This document shows positions 40,508 through 54,429 of a stretch of DNA of 64,000 nucleotides, piece by piece. Made by a program: the position numbers and the translations under genes. The stretch is from Octopus vulgaris (Eukaryota), in the NCBI GenBank assembly GCA_951406725.2, contig OX597820.1:79236001-79300000 (forward strand). Reading direction: 5' to 3'. The notes beneath the pieces were generated by a model. That model saw only the letters and a program-made list of their open reading frames with translations, searched no databases and was not told where the DNA came from. Each line of letters starts with the position of its first letter. Position 1 is the first letter of the stretch.

Positions 40508-41766
40508 GATATATAAATATATATATTGTGACCACAACTGATCATGACCAACGCCAGTACCTCTTGACTGGCTCCTGTGCCAGCAGCATGTAAAAGGCAT
40601 CATCCGAACATGATTGTTGCCAGGCCCACCTTACTAGCTCCTGTGCCAGTGACACATAAAACAAGCACCCACTACACTCTCGGAGTCATTGACGTTAGGA
40701 AGGGCATCCAGCTGTAGAAACTCTGCCAGACCAGATTGGAGCCTGGGTACAGCCACTGGCTGTCCAGTCTTCAGTCAAACTGTCCAACCCATGCCAGCAT
40801 GGAAAACGGACATTAATTGATGATGATGATCATCATCCTCATCATCATCATCATCATCATCGTCGTCGTTTAATGTCTGCTTTCCATGCTAGCATGGGTT
40901 GGACGGTTCAACTGGGGTCTGGGAAGCCAGAAGGCTGCACCAGGCCCAGTCTGATCTGGCAGTGTTTCTACAGCTGGATGCCCTTCCTAATGCCAACCAC
41001 TCCGTGAGTGTAGTGGGTGCTTTTTACGAGCCACCAGCACAGGTGCTAGACGGGGCTGGCAAATGGCCACGATCGGATGGTGCTATTTACGTGCCACCGG
41101 CACGGAGACTAGACGAAGCTGACAACGGCCACGATCAGATGGTGCTTTTTACGTGCCACCAACACGGAAACCAGAAGAAGCTGGCAATGACCACGAATCG
41201 GATGGTGCTTTTTACGTGCCACTGGCACGGAGGCCAGTCAGGGCGGCTCTGGCTACAGCCACATTCGGATGGTTCTCTTACGTGTCACTGGCACTGGTAT
41301 CACAGCTACAAATTCCATTGATGTTGATCGAATACGATTTTGATTTTGATTTTCACTTGCCTCAGTAGGTCTTCCCAAGTGGAGCTTTGTGTCCCAAGAA
41401 GGATATATATATATATATATATTTATGCACAAAAATACATCCAATAAAACAAACACAAATTAATTTTTAAAATGTTATTCTTTTGTTTTTTTTTATATTT
41501 TTATCGTAAGAAATAGAAGAAAAAGTATAATTTTTAAAGGTTTCTAAAAATTATTTTCTTTGAAATAATTTAAGATCGAAATGGTAAACAGCAGCACCAC
41601 CACCACCACCACCACGAACAACAACAACAACAACAACAGCGACAGCAACAATATATCATATAATAATGTTATTTCCCTTTTTGTTTTGTGCTGAAGAGAA
41701 AATAGACAAATTGAATTACTTGATGAAGACTGCAATTAACTATTAATTGAATTGGAAATTACCAAC

Positions 41767-41859
41767 CTTAGATATTTCTTCAGGCTGTTCAACAGATCCT
41801 CTTGATGGAAGTTTAGAAGAGAACTGATGCTTTTTATCAAGAGATTTGTCAGCAACCAA
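41767..41859 (-). CDS. DCDC1: DCDC1-like exon (93 nt, phase 0 to 0)
   Basis: ttgttttcag|TTGGTT...TCTAAG|gttggt; LVADKSLDKKHQFSSKLPSRGSVEQPEEISK; phase and length fit the gap between neighbouring exons. Confidence 0.75.
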
Positions 41860-42414
41860 CTGAAAACAATTGAAAATGATCAATCTTGTGGATAATCTCT
41901 TGGATAATGGATAATGTGAATAGATTTAGATCTGTTCATATAACTTCAACGAAAATGATTTGATATTAAATCAGATAAATTTATTCTTAAATATATTTCT
42001 TTCTCTTTTAGTCAGATTTCTTTTTAAAGTCAGCGATTGTAATTCTAAAATAAATATAGAGAGAAACTGGTCAAGAATTAGAGAAGTGTCCTGCAAGAGT
42101 CAGTGCGGCACAGTAAACTAGATTGCCTTGGTACCAGACACACAGCCATGAGATCAGCAGAATTTGCCTTTGAAAGCAATGTTGTCAGATGTTTGTGGTT
42201 GTACAAGCTGACTTTTCAATGGCCAAGTTCAGGTATTACTTCTCAATAGCCAGATGCAGGTATGGCTATGTGGTAATAAGTTTCCTTTCCAACCATATGG
42301 TCTTAGGTTCAGTTCCACAGCATGGTATTTCTACTTTCACCCTAGGCCAACCAAAGTCTTGTGGATGGGTTTGGTATATGGAAACTTAAGACAGTCACTA
42401 TATATATATATATA

Positions 42415-42790
42415 CAGGGTGCGGTGAATATATTGTCGTCTAAATTACACAAAAATAACACTGACTTCTCATTTTAACAGATACATTTACCAAAATTACA
42501 TAAAAGTATCTTGAAATACTAAAGAGTAAATTTATTCAATAAAATTGCCATTGGCTTCAACCACAGACTCCAGAAGATTTCAGAAACTCCTAAAACTATT
42601 CTGGATGGTCTGCTTGTTTAAGTTGGTGAATGCTGCCATAATCCTTGCCTTCAGTTCATCTTTGGAATTATGAGGAGTTTTGTTGGTCTCTCACTCAGAT
42701 GTGCCCCACACATAATAATCAAGGGGGTTGCAGTCTGGGGAGTTAGGTAACCAGATGTTAGGGGTGATATGGTCACAGAAATTGTCTGTC
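42415..42790 (-). mobile_element. Tc1/mariner transposon 3' fragment
   Basis: WLPNSPDCNPLDYYVWG (WPxxSPDLNP motif); TIR-like end ta|cagggtg at 42415. Confidence 0.85.
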
Positions 42791-44286
42791 TGCTGCTGGA
42801 TTGGCTTCCATGCAGGTAGCATGTAAAAAAAACACCTTTTGAGCATGGTCATTGCCAGAACTGTCTGACTGGCCCTCGTGTCAGTGGCACGTAAAAGCAC
42901 CCACTAAACTCTTGGGGTGGTTGGCATTAGGAAGGGCCTCCAGCTGTAGAAACTTTGTCAGATCAGATTGAACCTGGTGCAGCCTTCTGGCTCACCAGTC
43001 CTCAATCAAACCATCCAACCCATGCCAGCATAGAAAGCAGACGTTAAATGACAATGATGATGATGATGATGACACACTCTTCAGAGTTGTTGGTGTTAGG
43101 AAGGGTATCCAACCATATAGAGGAGTACAATGCAGTCCTTGCACCCATCAGATTCTGTCAAACCATCCAGCGCCTACCAGCATGGCACCTGGATGTTGAA
43201 TGATGGCGATGATGATGATGAGGATGATGATCTGGTGGGTTTAAACATAGTTTCTATCTATGAAATTCACCCACAAAATACTGGTCATCCTGAATTGATA
43301 GTAGAAGATTGCAGAGTAGGATGGAACCTGAATGCACATGGTTACTAAGTGAGTTAGTCAACCATAGAGCCGTTGCAAGAAGTCTGTGTTTTTTTTTTTG
43401 TTAAGTTTTTTAAAATAGAAATGAAAAGAGGGAAGAAAGAAAGAAAGAAGGAAGATAAAAATAGAAAGTAAAGTAAAAAGAAAGAATGAAAGGAGTGGAG
43501 GAGGGGAGAGTTGAAATTTTTTACAGCTGAGTGCACTTCTTACTGTTAACCACTGAACCATGACGTTAGAGAGTAATTTATTTTTGTCTGTTAAGTAAAC
43601 TGAAGGAAACAGAGTCATGTGGTTTGCTAAGGTGTGGAATCAAATAAATGACTAAGACAAGGCTGGATCTCAGGGCTAAAGGGAGTAGCAGCAACAGCAG
43701 CAACAGCCAACGCCATAACTTCATGGCTTAGTCATTAGATTTTAGATTTTATCTTTTACAGTAGAAGACACTTGCCTGAGGTGTCATGCAGTGGGACTGA
43801 ACCCAGAACCATGTGGTTGGGAAGCAAACTACATACCACATAGCTGGTAGAACTGGTAGCACACTGGGCAAGATGCTGAGCAACATTTCAGCTATCTTTA
43901 CGTTCTGAGTTCAAATCCCACTGAAGTCATCTTTGCCTTTCATCTTTTGGGGGGCAATAAAACAAGTACCACTTGAGTAATGGTGTCAATGCAATCAACA
44001 AAGCTTCTCCCATGATATTGCTGGCCTTGTGCCAAAACTCGAGATCAATTTGTGTAACATATGTTACACAAAATGGTTTGTATCAAAATGTCTTATAGCC
44101 ACCATACGTGGTGTCTTTTACCATACACAGACTTACGACCATGCTTACCTTATGATGAAGAAAGAGGGCCTGGAGAATTTAGGGATGACCAGAGAGATTG
44201 AAGGGGAAAGAAACAGAGGAAGGAGAAGGGTGATATAGATGTCAAGCTTGAGGAACTGGTTGGAAGCAAGAAACATTAAACATCAG

Positions 44287-44621
44287 TACAGTTCTATATT
44301 TAGGAGATGAGGAATTATGTGCATTATTTACATTATTTACATTTGACGGATATTTGTCCTCATCTTGTTTGTTGTTAACACAATGTTTCAGCTGATATAC
44401 CCTACAGACTTCATCAGGTGTCTTAGGGAAATTTCAAACCTGGGTTCTCATTCCTAATAATAATAATGACATTGAAAAATACCTTAGGAATGAAAACCCA
44501 GGTTCAAAGTTTCCCCCAAGACACCTGATGAAGGCCTGAGGGTATATCAGCCGAAACGTTGTGTTAACAACAAACAAGATGAGGACAAATATCCGTCAAA
44601 TGTAAATAATGTAAATAATGT
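44287..44621. mobile_element. Head-to-head pair of the hammerhead-containing element with 12-bp TSD, inserted in a decayed RTE fragment
   Basis: attaaacatcag at 44275-44286 and 44622-44633; minus copy ~44287-44456, plus copy ~44470-44621. Confidence 0.8.
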
Positions 44622-45204
44622 ATTAAACATCAGGACATTTTCATAGAAACCAAGATATGGTCTGTAACATCAAAGCTTTATCTTTGAATTAAACATAGAA
44701 TCCACCTGCAGAGCTTCTATGCAGTTTTTGTCTACTCCATTTAAATCCTAAGTTAAGGATGGGCCTGAGAATGTGTGTGGTAAAAGGCACCACATAAGTT
44801 ATTCTGACACAAACCATTTTGATCTGATAATGATTTATTTGACATAAGACATTTTAATGTCTCTCTCTCTCACTCTCTTTCTTTCTCTCTTTCTCTCTCC
44901 CCCTCTCTCTCTCTCTATGTAAACCTGTTTATGTGTGAACATCTAGCTATGTTTGTATGTATGTACAACATCTCTCCACACTCTCTCTCTTTCTGTATGT
45001 ATGTTTCTGAATGGTACATGTGTGTGTGTGTGTTTAACTGTTTGTAATATCGCCATGCACACACACATTCACACACATACATGCACACACACATTCACAC
45101 ACACATACACACACCCACACTGACTGTCATGAGGAGAAGGTAAGAGAAACAGGCAGAGAAGAACAAACCATTTCCTAGTCTAGATTTCATTTTAAAACAA
45201 AATC

Positions 45205-45430
45205 CTGAAATACCACAACCTATTGGCCATCTACATTTTCCATCTTGTGGCGTTTGAGACTTTTGCTGGGGTCAGACCACTGACTGCGAGATTCCTGTCT
45301 TCACTGGCAACTCACATTGCAGAGGTAACTGGTGAAGCTCGTGAGGGTGCTTTGCTGTTCCAGTGCATCAGCCTCGCCATCACCCACGGCAATGCTGCAA
45401 GTATACTGATGTGTCTTAATAGCCATTAGA
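45205..45430 (+). mobile_element. CRE-like non-LTR retrotransposon C-terminal (restriction-like endonuclease region) fragment
   Basis: FHLVAFETFAG...LATHIAEVTGEAREGALLFQCISLAITHGNAASIL resembles the CRE-type terminal motif (F..xETxG...LFQRLSxAIxRGNA). Confidence 0.7.
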
Positions 45431-47646
45431 AAGGTTTTCCAGCGCCCCCCACCCACAACTTTTCAACCCAAGGTGGTGATCGTTTTGTTTTTTTTTCTTT
45501 CCTTTTCTCCCTTTTTCTTTTTCTCGTTTTTCTTTTTAATTTTTTCCAACTCTGTTCTCTGTTTTGTCCAGTTTTCTAGTTTGGTTTTGTAAAATGGTAA
45601 ACATTGTGAAGGCAATAAAATTTTCCATTCTATTTCAAAACACCAATCACCAATATGACTATTGCCCACAGCAGATCAAACTCACAGCTTATCTATGGTG
45701 TCTCACAACATCAAAGGGAACTGATTCCATACTAAATAGGGAGCATAACAACCAAATTCATAATTGCCAGCTATAGGTGGAGGAATAATGGCACTAAATT
45801 TAATTTGTGGCATTGGTTACCCATTATTACATTATTAAATATATTCTTATGCAATGCCAGTGTTTGAACAAAAAAATCATTTTTCTTTGTACCATTTTGC
45901 TTGATACCGCATTATTTTACCAATATTCTACCATTTATTTCCAGGAATGATAAAAAAAAATCAATCTCAATTAGTAAATTAACCCCTATTCATATAGTCG
46001 GGTTCACTTGCTTTGGGGCCTGTTATTCTAAGAGGACACATTATTTTCTCAGACAAACTGCTGTACAGCTATCTCTCTCTCTCTCTCTCTCTCCCCCTCT
46101 GCCAATCTGTTTATACATTTAATATCCTGCAACAACTCAACAATATTCTGAAAATCACTGACATTTTAATTTTTTCTGAACATCTGCTGAACAATATATA
46201 AATGTTTCTGTTATTGCCATTATCATCATCAACATCATCATCATCATCAACATCATCAATGTTGTTCTTTTTTCTCACCCTCTATCTCTTCTTCTTCTTC
46301 TTCTTCTTCTTTTCTTCTTGCCTTCCCTTCCTCCTCTTCCTCCCTACCCTTTCTTGCTCCTCTTCCATTTCCTCTTCATTGTCTTCCTTCTCCTCTTCCT
46401 CTTCTTCCTCCCCTTCCCTTTCCTCCTCCCCTTACCCTTCCTCTTCTTTCTCCTCCTCTTCTCCCTTCTTCAGCACTCACGTTATGTCATTCATCGTCAT
46501 ATTTTCATGATGCAAGAAAAAGATGTTCATATTCCAAAAGTCACAGAATTACAAAAAGGGATTCTATGACAAAAACTGTGAAATTATCTCAGGTTCCATT
46601 AACAAGACAACATAAAAAAAACGTAATAATAATAATAATAAAAATAAAAATCACAAATCACACAAACCTATTATTGATTTTTTTTTTACCAGTAAAATAC
46701 AGCAGAAGAAGAAAAACAAAAGTATTCAAAGAAATATTGATGTATTCAGATCTTTTGCAAAAATTTTAGTCTTCACTTATTGACTTATGGTGATTGTAAA
46801 TAAAGTTTGTCTATAAATTTCCATAGAAATTAGTTACAAAATGAAGTTAGCATCAAATGTCAAAAGCAGATAACAGCTTAATGATTAGAATTACAAAAGA
46901 TCCATTTTAATTGGAGGTGCAGGAGTGGCTGTGTGGTAAGTAGCTTGCTTATCAACTGCATGGTTCTGGGTTCAGTCCTACTGTGTGACACCTTTGGCAA
47001 GTGTCTTCTACTATAGACTCAGGCTGACCAAAGCCTTGAAAGAAGCCTGTTGTGTATATATATATATATAAAGAATTTTTTGCATAATAAGATTAAAAAA
47101 ACCAAGCCTGTGTAGATATTAGAGCATTTATAGATAGAAGGTCTTACAGCTGTTTCTAGGATAATTATTAATAATATCCCTTCATCAGAGATGGCGTGAG
47201 AGGATAGTTAAGTCATAGTTAGTTTAGATGTGATACAAAATAGAGAGTGAGGTTGAGGAAAGAAAATAGATGCAAGATATGTATGGGTATTGAAGTTGTA
47301 AATCTATTTTTATGAATAATGGTATATATGCAATAGTCCAATATCCTATGGGTAAAGTCCAAAAGTCCAACAGAGTTTAAAATGAGTCCTTCCAAATATA
47401 GAGTTTATAAGCAATGTAAGATTCCCTTATGAGTGAGATCCAGCAGATTTTTAAACTTGGTCATTCCCAGTAGAGAATTTATATACAGTGTTGCAGAGTC
47501 AAAGGTTTTTATTTAAACTGACCTAAAAATAGGGAGTGTGTTATTAAGGTCAAATCAAAAACAGGAAGAGGAGTGAAGAAAGAGAAAAAAAAAAATGACA
47601 CCATTATCTCTTATAACCTCAACTTCTTGCTATATATATATATATA

Positions 47647-48290
47647 TCTTCTATATATATAAAACTCAACTTGTGTGGCTGTGTGTGTATCTGTGTGTTT
47701 AACTTCCCGGCACATCTCCTCCTAGCCAACAAATCATAGAACCACAAAAAATGGGTCACTTAAAGTCTAGGCGAATGAAAATTGAACTGCGCTATTTCTG
47801 TTCCAAAATTCATCTCGCAAGTGCAAAAATCGATAATGTGTTTGTTTAGGCCTTATCCCCTGCATTGAATAGTGAACTTTACTCAATCAGCTGTTTGACT
47901 TGAACTGTGTTCACCATGCGTGCAAGCATCCGTAAATTGCATGAAAAATAAAAAATCAAGATATAAAAACAAATCGCCATAAACATTGTAGAAATTCGGC
48001 AAAGAAATGAATTTTCGGGATGTAGCCTGGAGGGTTTTTTCGTATTAATCGTTTGCACTTTGTGAACACATACCAATTGTTTTCATAACATTTTTAACAC
48101 TTTGAATCAAATTATGACCATTTTGCGTTGAGTCACTTTAACCAAAGTTTAGCAGGCCGGATTTTTGATCATCACGATACATCGCCAGCGACTCCCTGAA
48201 ACTCTCCCCTGAGAAATCTATATATATAAAACTCAACTTGTGTGTCTGTGTGTGTATCTGTGTGTTTAACTTTTGGATCTACCAAGTTTC
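47647..48290 (+). mobile_element. Helitron-like 5' fragment with repeated 5' end
   Basis: tc(t)tctatatatataaaactcaacttgtgtg at ~47647 and again at ~48217. Confidence 0.55.
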
Positions 48291-48322
48291 ATTATTAAGG
48301 ATGGAAAGTAGTGTGTAGCAAA

Positions 48323-48691
48323 TCTATATATATAAAGCTGAAGTTGTCTGTGTGTAGCAGGTTTGGTAGCCTTCAACTAACACTATCTCCTTTGAGACCC
48401 TGCAGTGCAAGTTGACCAAAATTGAGAGTATGATAGAAGAAGGCTTGCTCTTCATTCTGTAGAAGATAAAATTCAAATCGGACCATGTTGACACCAAAAA
48501 TTATTTACATCAAACAGGTGCTTTTTTTCTATGAAAATCCCTATTTTTTACAATTTTTGACTGCTGTGTCACCATTTTTCAGTGTATTTCAACTGGAAAA
48601 ATGTTCACTTGAAGAGAACAACAAGACTTTTCAAAAATTCCAATTCTAAAGAGTCGAAACAAACCCAAGCAACACCGGGTGATACTGCTAG
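48323..48691 (+). mobile_element. Non-autonomous Helitron
   Basis: A|TC 5' end (tctatatatataaagctg), subterminal hairpin accc...gggt, 3' CTAG|T. Confidence 0.75.
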
Positions 48692-49595
48692 TATACATAT
48701 ATATCATCATCATCATCATCATCATCGTTTAATGTCCGCTTTCCATGCTAGCATATATGTATATATATATATGTGTGTATATGTTTGTGTGTCTGTGTTT
48801 GTCCCCCCAGCATCGCTTGACAACTGATGCTGGTGTGTTTATGTCCCCGTAACTTAGAAGTACAGCAAAAGGAAGATCAATAGAATAAGTACTAGGCTTA
48901 CAAAGAGTAAGCTCTGAGGTCGATTTTGCTCAACTAAAGGCGGTGCTCCAGCATGGCTGTAGTCAAATGACTGAAACAAGTAAAAGAATGAAAGAATAAA
49001 AATGTCTTCTTGAATGAAGAGTTATTTTTTTAACTTAGCAGTTCGGCAACAGGGACTAATAAAATAAGTACTAGGTTTACAAATAATAATTTACTCGACT
49101 AAAGACAGTGCTCCGGTATGGCCACAGTCAAATGACTGAAACAAGTAAAAGAATAAAAGAATAAAATTCATGAGTTGAAATTTTCCCACATTCTACCAAG
49201 TGAATACTTGTTCACATCTTGAGTTTATCATTTGGGAAACAGGTGTGCAATTGAAAAAGAATTTCAGGTATTTTATTTGACAGTATGCCTCATTAATAAA
49301 CCAACCATCTTCTTGTGTTTAGTCTTGAATGAAAAAAATTTCAGGTGTGAATATAGTAGGTGTGTGTATTCCTTTGTTTGATCATTTATTTTAGGTTTTC
49401 TTTGCCATACCAGCTTGGATCAGATGAATGACTACTACCAAAATGCAAGTATGGCTGTGTGGTTTCAGCTTCAGTCCCACTGTGTGGCACCTTGGGCAAG
49501 TGTCTTCTACTATAGCCCTGGGCCAACAAAAGCCTTGTGAGTGGACTTAGTTGATGGAAATAAGCCTGTTTGCATACACACATACATATATATAT

Positions 49596-49675
49596 AGATA
49601 GATAGATAGATATATAAATAGATAGATAGATGGATGGATGGATAAATAAACAGATAGATACATGAATAGATAGAT

Positions 49676-49712
<37 letters not shown>

Positions 49713-49775
49713 ATAAATAGACAGACAGACAGACAGATAGATAAATAGATAGATACATAGACAGATAGATAGATG

Positions 49776-49814
<39 letters not shown>

Positions 49815-49815
49815 C

Positions 49816-49856
<41 letters not shown>

Positions 49857-49866
49857 CTAGATAGAT
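49596..49866. repeat. (GATA)n microsatellite
   Basis: Direct inspection. Confidence 0.92.
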
Positions 49867-50895
49867 ATTGGTGCAGGCGTGGCAGTGTGGTAAGAAACTT
49901 GCTTCCCAACCACATGATTCCAGGTCCAGTCCCATTGCATGGCACCTCGGACAAGTGTCTTCTGCTATAGCCTGTAGCTGACCAAAACCTTGTGAGTGAA
50001 GCTGGTAGATGGAAACAGAAAGAAACTCATTGTAAATATATATATCTTTGTGTGTGCTTCTTTGTCTGTGATTGTTCCCGCCACTGCTCAACAGCCAGTG
50101 TTGGTGTGTTTATGTCCCCATCATTTAACGGTTCAGCAATAGAGATCAATAGAATAAATACCAGGCTTTAAAAAAAGAAGTCCTGAGGTCAACTGATTCG
50201 GCTAAAAGTTCTTCAAGGTGGTGCCTCAGCATGGCCACAGTCTAATGACTGAAACAAGTAAAAGAGAGCCTTTACTTGTGAGTGTCACTGTCATATAAGC
50301 AGTACAATTCGTTTCCAATAAAAACATGAAATATTACTTCTCTTGGAGACAAGTGAGAGTTGGTGACAGGAAGGGCATCTTGTCATAGGAAATCTACTCC
50401 AATAACCTTCATCCAACCCAAGCAAGCATAGAAAAGTGGATGTTAAAATGATGATCCTGATAATGACAAGGCATTGTTTTATAGTTGGATGTCCTACCTG
50501 TTCCTTACTCCAACTGTTTCTCAAGTTAGAGATGTTTTATTTCACTCCTCTTAAAAAGCAGAGCTAGATGATTTTTGTTAACAGTTATCACCATTTTCCA
50601 GCTCGACACGTTTTATGAACAGCACAAAAAGAAAATATCCACTAACACACACAGCTAGGTTGTCCCTAGCTGAGAAAAGAATCACATGATAAAATTCTCA
50701 TAATTCAGACATCAACATAAATTGCAGAAATGAAAAATTATCAGCCTATACCCACATGAAAGAAAGTATGTTATCTTACCTATGAGTCCCACCATGATTA
50801 TAAACACTAAAATCTGCACCAATGGTCCTCACATATTCAGAAATATTTATGGTACAGCTTCAATATTAGAAATGGATGTTATAATTTTCTCTTAC

Positions 50896-51062
50896 CTCAT
50901 CTCTGTGAGATTTAACACGTTTTAACTTCCTTTTTAAAACTTTTTTCATGTCCAGTAAAAACTCCATTGTTCCAGAAGGTTCAAAAGGTTCTCCTGTTGA
51001 CACCCAAAGAGGACCAAGTGCCAGGCTTTTACTCTGTTGTAGACAGTCAGACAATGCAGGTA
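50896..51062 (-). CDS. DCDC1: DCDC1-like exon (167 nt, phase 1 to 0)
   Basis: ttgttatacag|TACCT...GATGAG|gtaaga; encodes PALSDCLQQSKSLALGPLWVSTGEPFEPSGTMEFLLDMKKVLKRKLKRVKSHRDE, including the DCX-like end motif WVSTGEPF. Confidence 0.92.
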
Positions 51063-52704
51063 CTGTATAACAAAAACAGAAAAGAAGTATTTGGAGACAT
51101 TAGTTTCTTATAAAAGCTCAAAGTCATTTACAAAATAGAGAAAACCCAACAATTAGAGAGAAAGTAAGGTCCTAAAAGCATTAAGTTCATGTTTATGTAC
51201 TCACTGGGGTCTGCGCTTGCACCCATATGAGAGACAGAAATCTGTTGAGCTTTCTGTCTCTCATATCCCTTACACCCATTCTTCCATCACTCCTCTAACA
51301 ATGGCACTATTCAGCTGCTGTAATCATATGGTAGCAGAATCTACACATATTTATTCCCCTTTGTGCTACTCATTACTCCCCTCTCTCTCTGGAATCACAT
51401 CCTTTAATATCCATCCTTCATTTTCAATATAACCTCTTCCCACTTTATTTTCTACTGATTACCCTTTTCTGTTCCCCAACCCTTTAATATCTCCTATCAT
51501 TCTAACCACCCCATCTGCTGTTGAAACAACCCATCACTTCTCTTTTTGATTCTCTATAGCTACAAGTGTGCATAAGTGGCTTTCATCATTGTCCCTGTAC
51601 TTCTCTCTCTCTTTCTTCTTTCTACATTCAGATTCTACAGATTTTAACTGCTTTCTGATCTATCTACAAGTTTATTATACTGCTCTTCTCTACCCATTGT
51701 CCCTTATCACCTTCTCTTTCATGATCGGGTGTAGGCATGGTTGTGGGGTAAGAAGTTTGCTGCCCAACCACATGGTTCCAAGTTCAGTTCCACTGTCTGA
51801 TACCTTGGACAAGTGTCTTCTACCATAGCTGACCAAAACCTTGTGAGTGAATTTGGTAGATGGAAACTAAAAGAAAACCACGAGTATGTATATGTGTGTG
51901 TGTGAGTGTGTGCGTGTGTGTCTTTGTTACCCACCACTGCTTCATAACCAGTGTTGGTGTATTTACATCTCAGTAACGTAGCAGTTCAGCAATAGATACT
52001 GATAGAATAAGAACCAGGTTCTACTAAATTTCTTCAAGGTGGTGCTCCAGCATGGCCACAGTCTATTGACAGAAACAAGAAAAAGATAAAAAAAACAACA
52101 GATCATTCAACGTCCACTTTTCCATGCTTTTAGGTGTCAGACAGATTTTCTACAGCTGGGTTGCTCTACCTGTCACCAGCCCTTGCCTATTTCCAAACAA
52201 AGTAATATCTCCCTATGGTCAGATATGGTTTTCAGGTTAGATTTGAAAATAAACAGCATCACCTGTTTTAAACCTTCATGTGATGTCAAGATCAGTGTAC
52301 ACACACAAACACATACAACAGGCTTCCACACAGTTTCCATCAACAAAATTCACTCACAAAGCATTGGTCAGTCAGAGAGCCACAGCAGAAGACAGTGCTA
52401 CACAATGAAACTGAACTCAAAACAACTCCCTTGCAAAGCAAGTTTCTTAACCACCAGACCAATTTTTATTACAAAATTTCAAATCAGGCCGGAGTCCGAT
52501 CAATATTGTGTTTCATCTCCGCAAATCAATAAATTCAATACGGGTAATATACAACATTTGATTCTCGTCATTTTAACAACGATTGCTAGCCAAGCATGTT
52601 ACTAAGAAACTTATATTACACTCTTATCATTTTGATTGCTATCTGGAAAAGTAGTGGTGCAGTCACATTATCTACAACAATATCTACTCTGGTATTATGA
52701 TAAC

Positions 52705-53652
<948 letters not shown>

Positions 53653-54377
53653 ATATCATCATCATCATCATCGTTTAACGTCCGTTTTCCATGCTAGCAT
53701 GGGTTGGACATATATATATATATGTATGTATATGTGTGTGTGTGTACGTATGTATATATGTATATATATGTGTGTAAGTATGTATATATGTATATATATG
53801 TGTGTGTGTGTATGTGTATGTATATATATATAAATATGTGTGTGTGTATATATATATATATATATACACATACATACATGTATGTGTATAATGCTGTATA
53901 TCATTTGTGCTGGAAAATATATTTAGCAGGTTTTAATGTTTCTTTCAAACAGTTGAGTCGTATGGATTTTCTTTTCAGATATTGTCCTGATGGCTAACAG
54001 CTTCCATTTAATGTTATGTTTCAGTATTTAATTTGCCCCCCTGAGATTAATGTAGAGATGACTTTGTATGTGTGCGTGTGTGTAAGATTATACAGATAAA
54101 TAATATATACATACACCTATACATACATTGATTGTTAGACTATATAGATAGATACACACACATATACATAAATATATACATTCATATTCCACACACACAC
54201 ACAATGGTGTTTGTGTGTGTATATATATGTCAATATATATCTATGTATTGATATATACATATATACATATAATCAATACACACACATATATATCAATATA
54301 TGTATATGTATTGATATATATATATATATATATACACACACGCACAGGCAGACACATACAGACATATACATGTGTGT

Positions 54378-54409
<32 letters not shown>

Positions 54410-54429
54410 GAAATCAAGTCATAACAATA

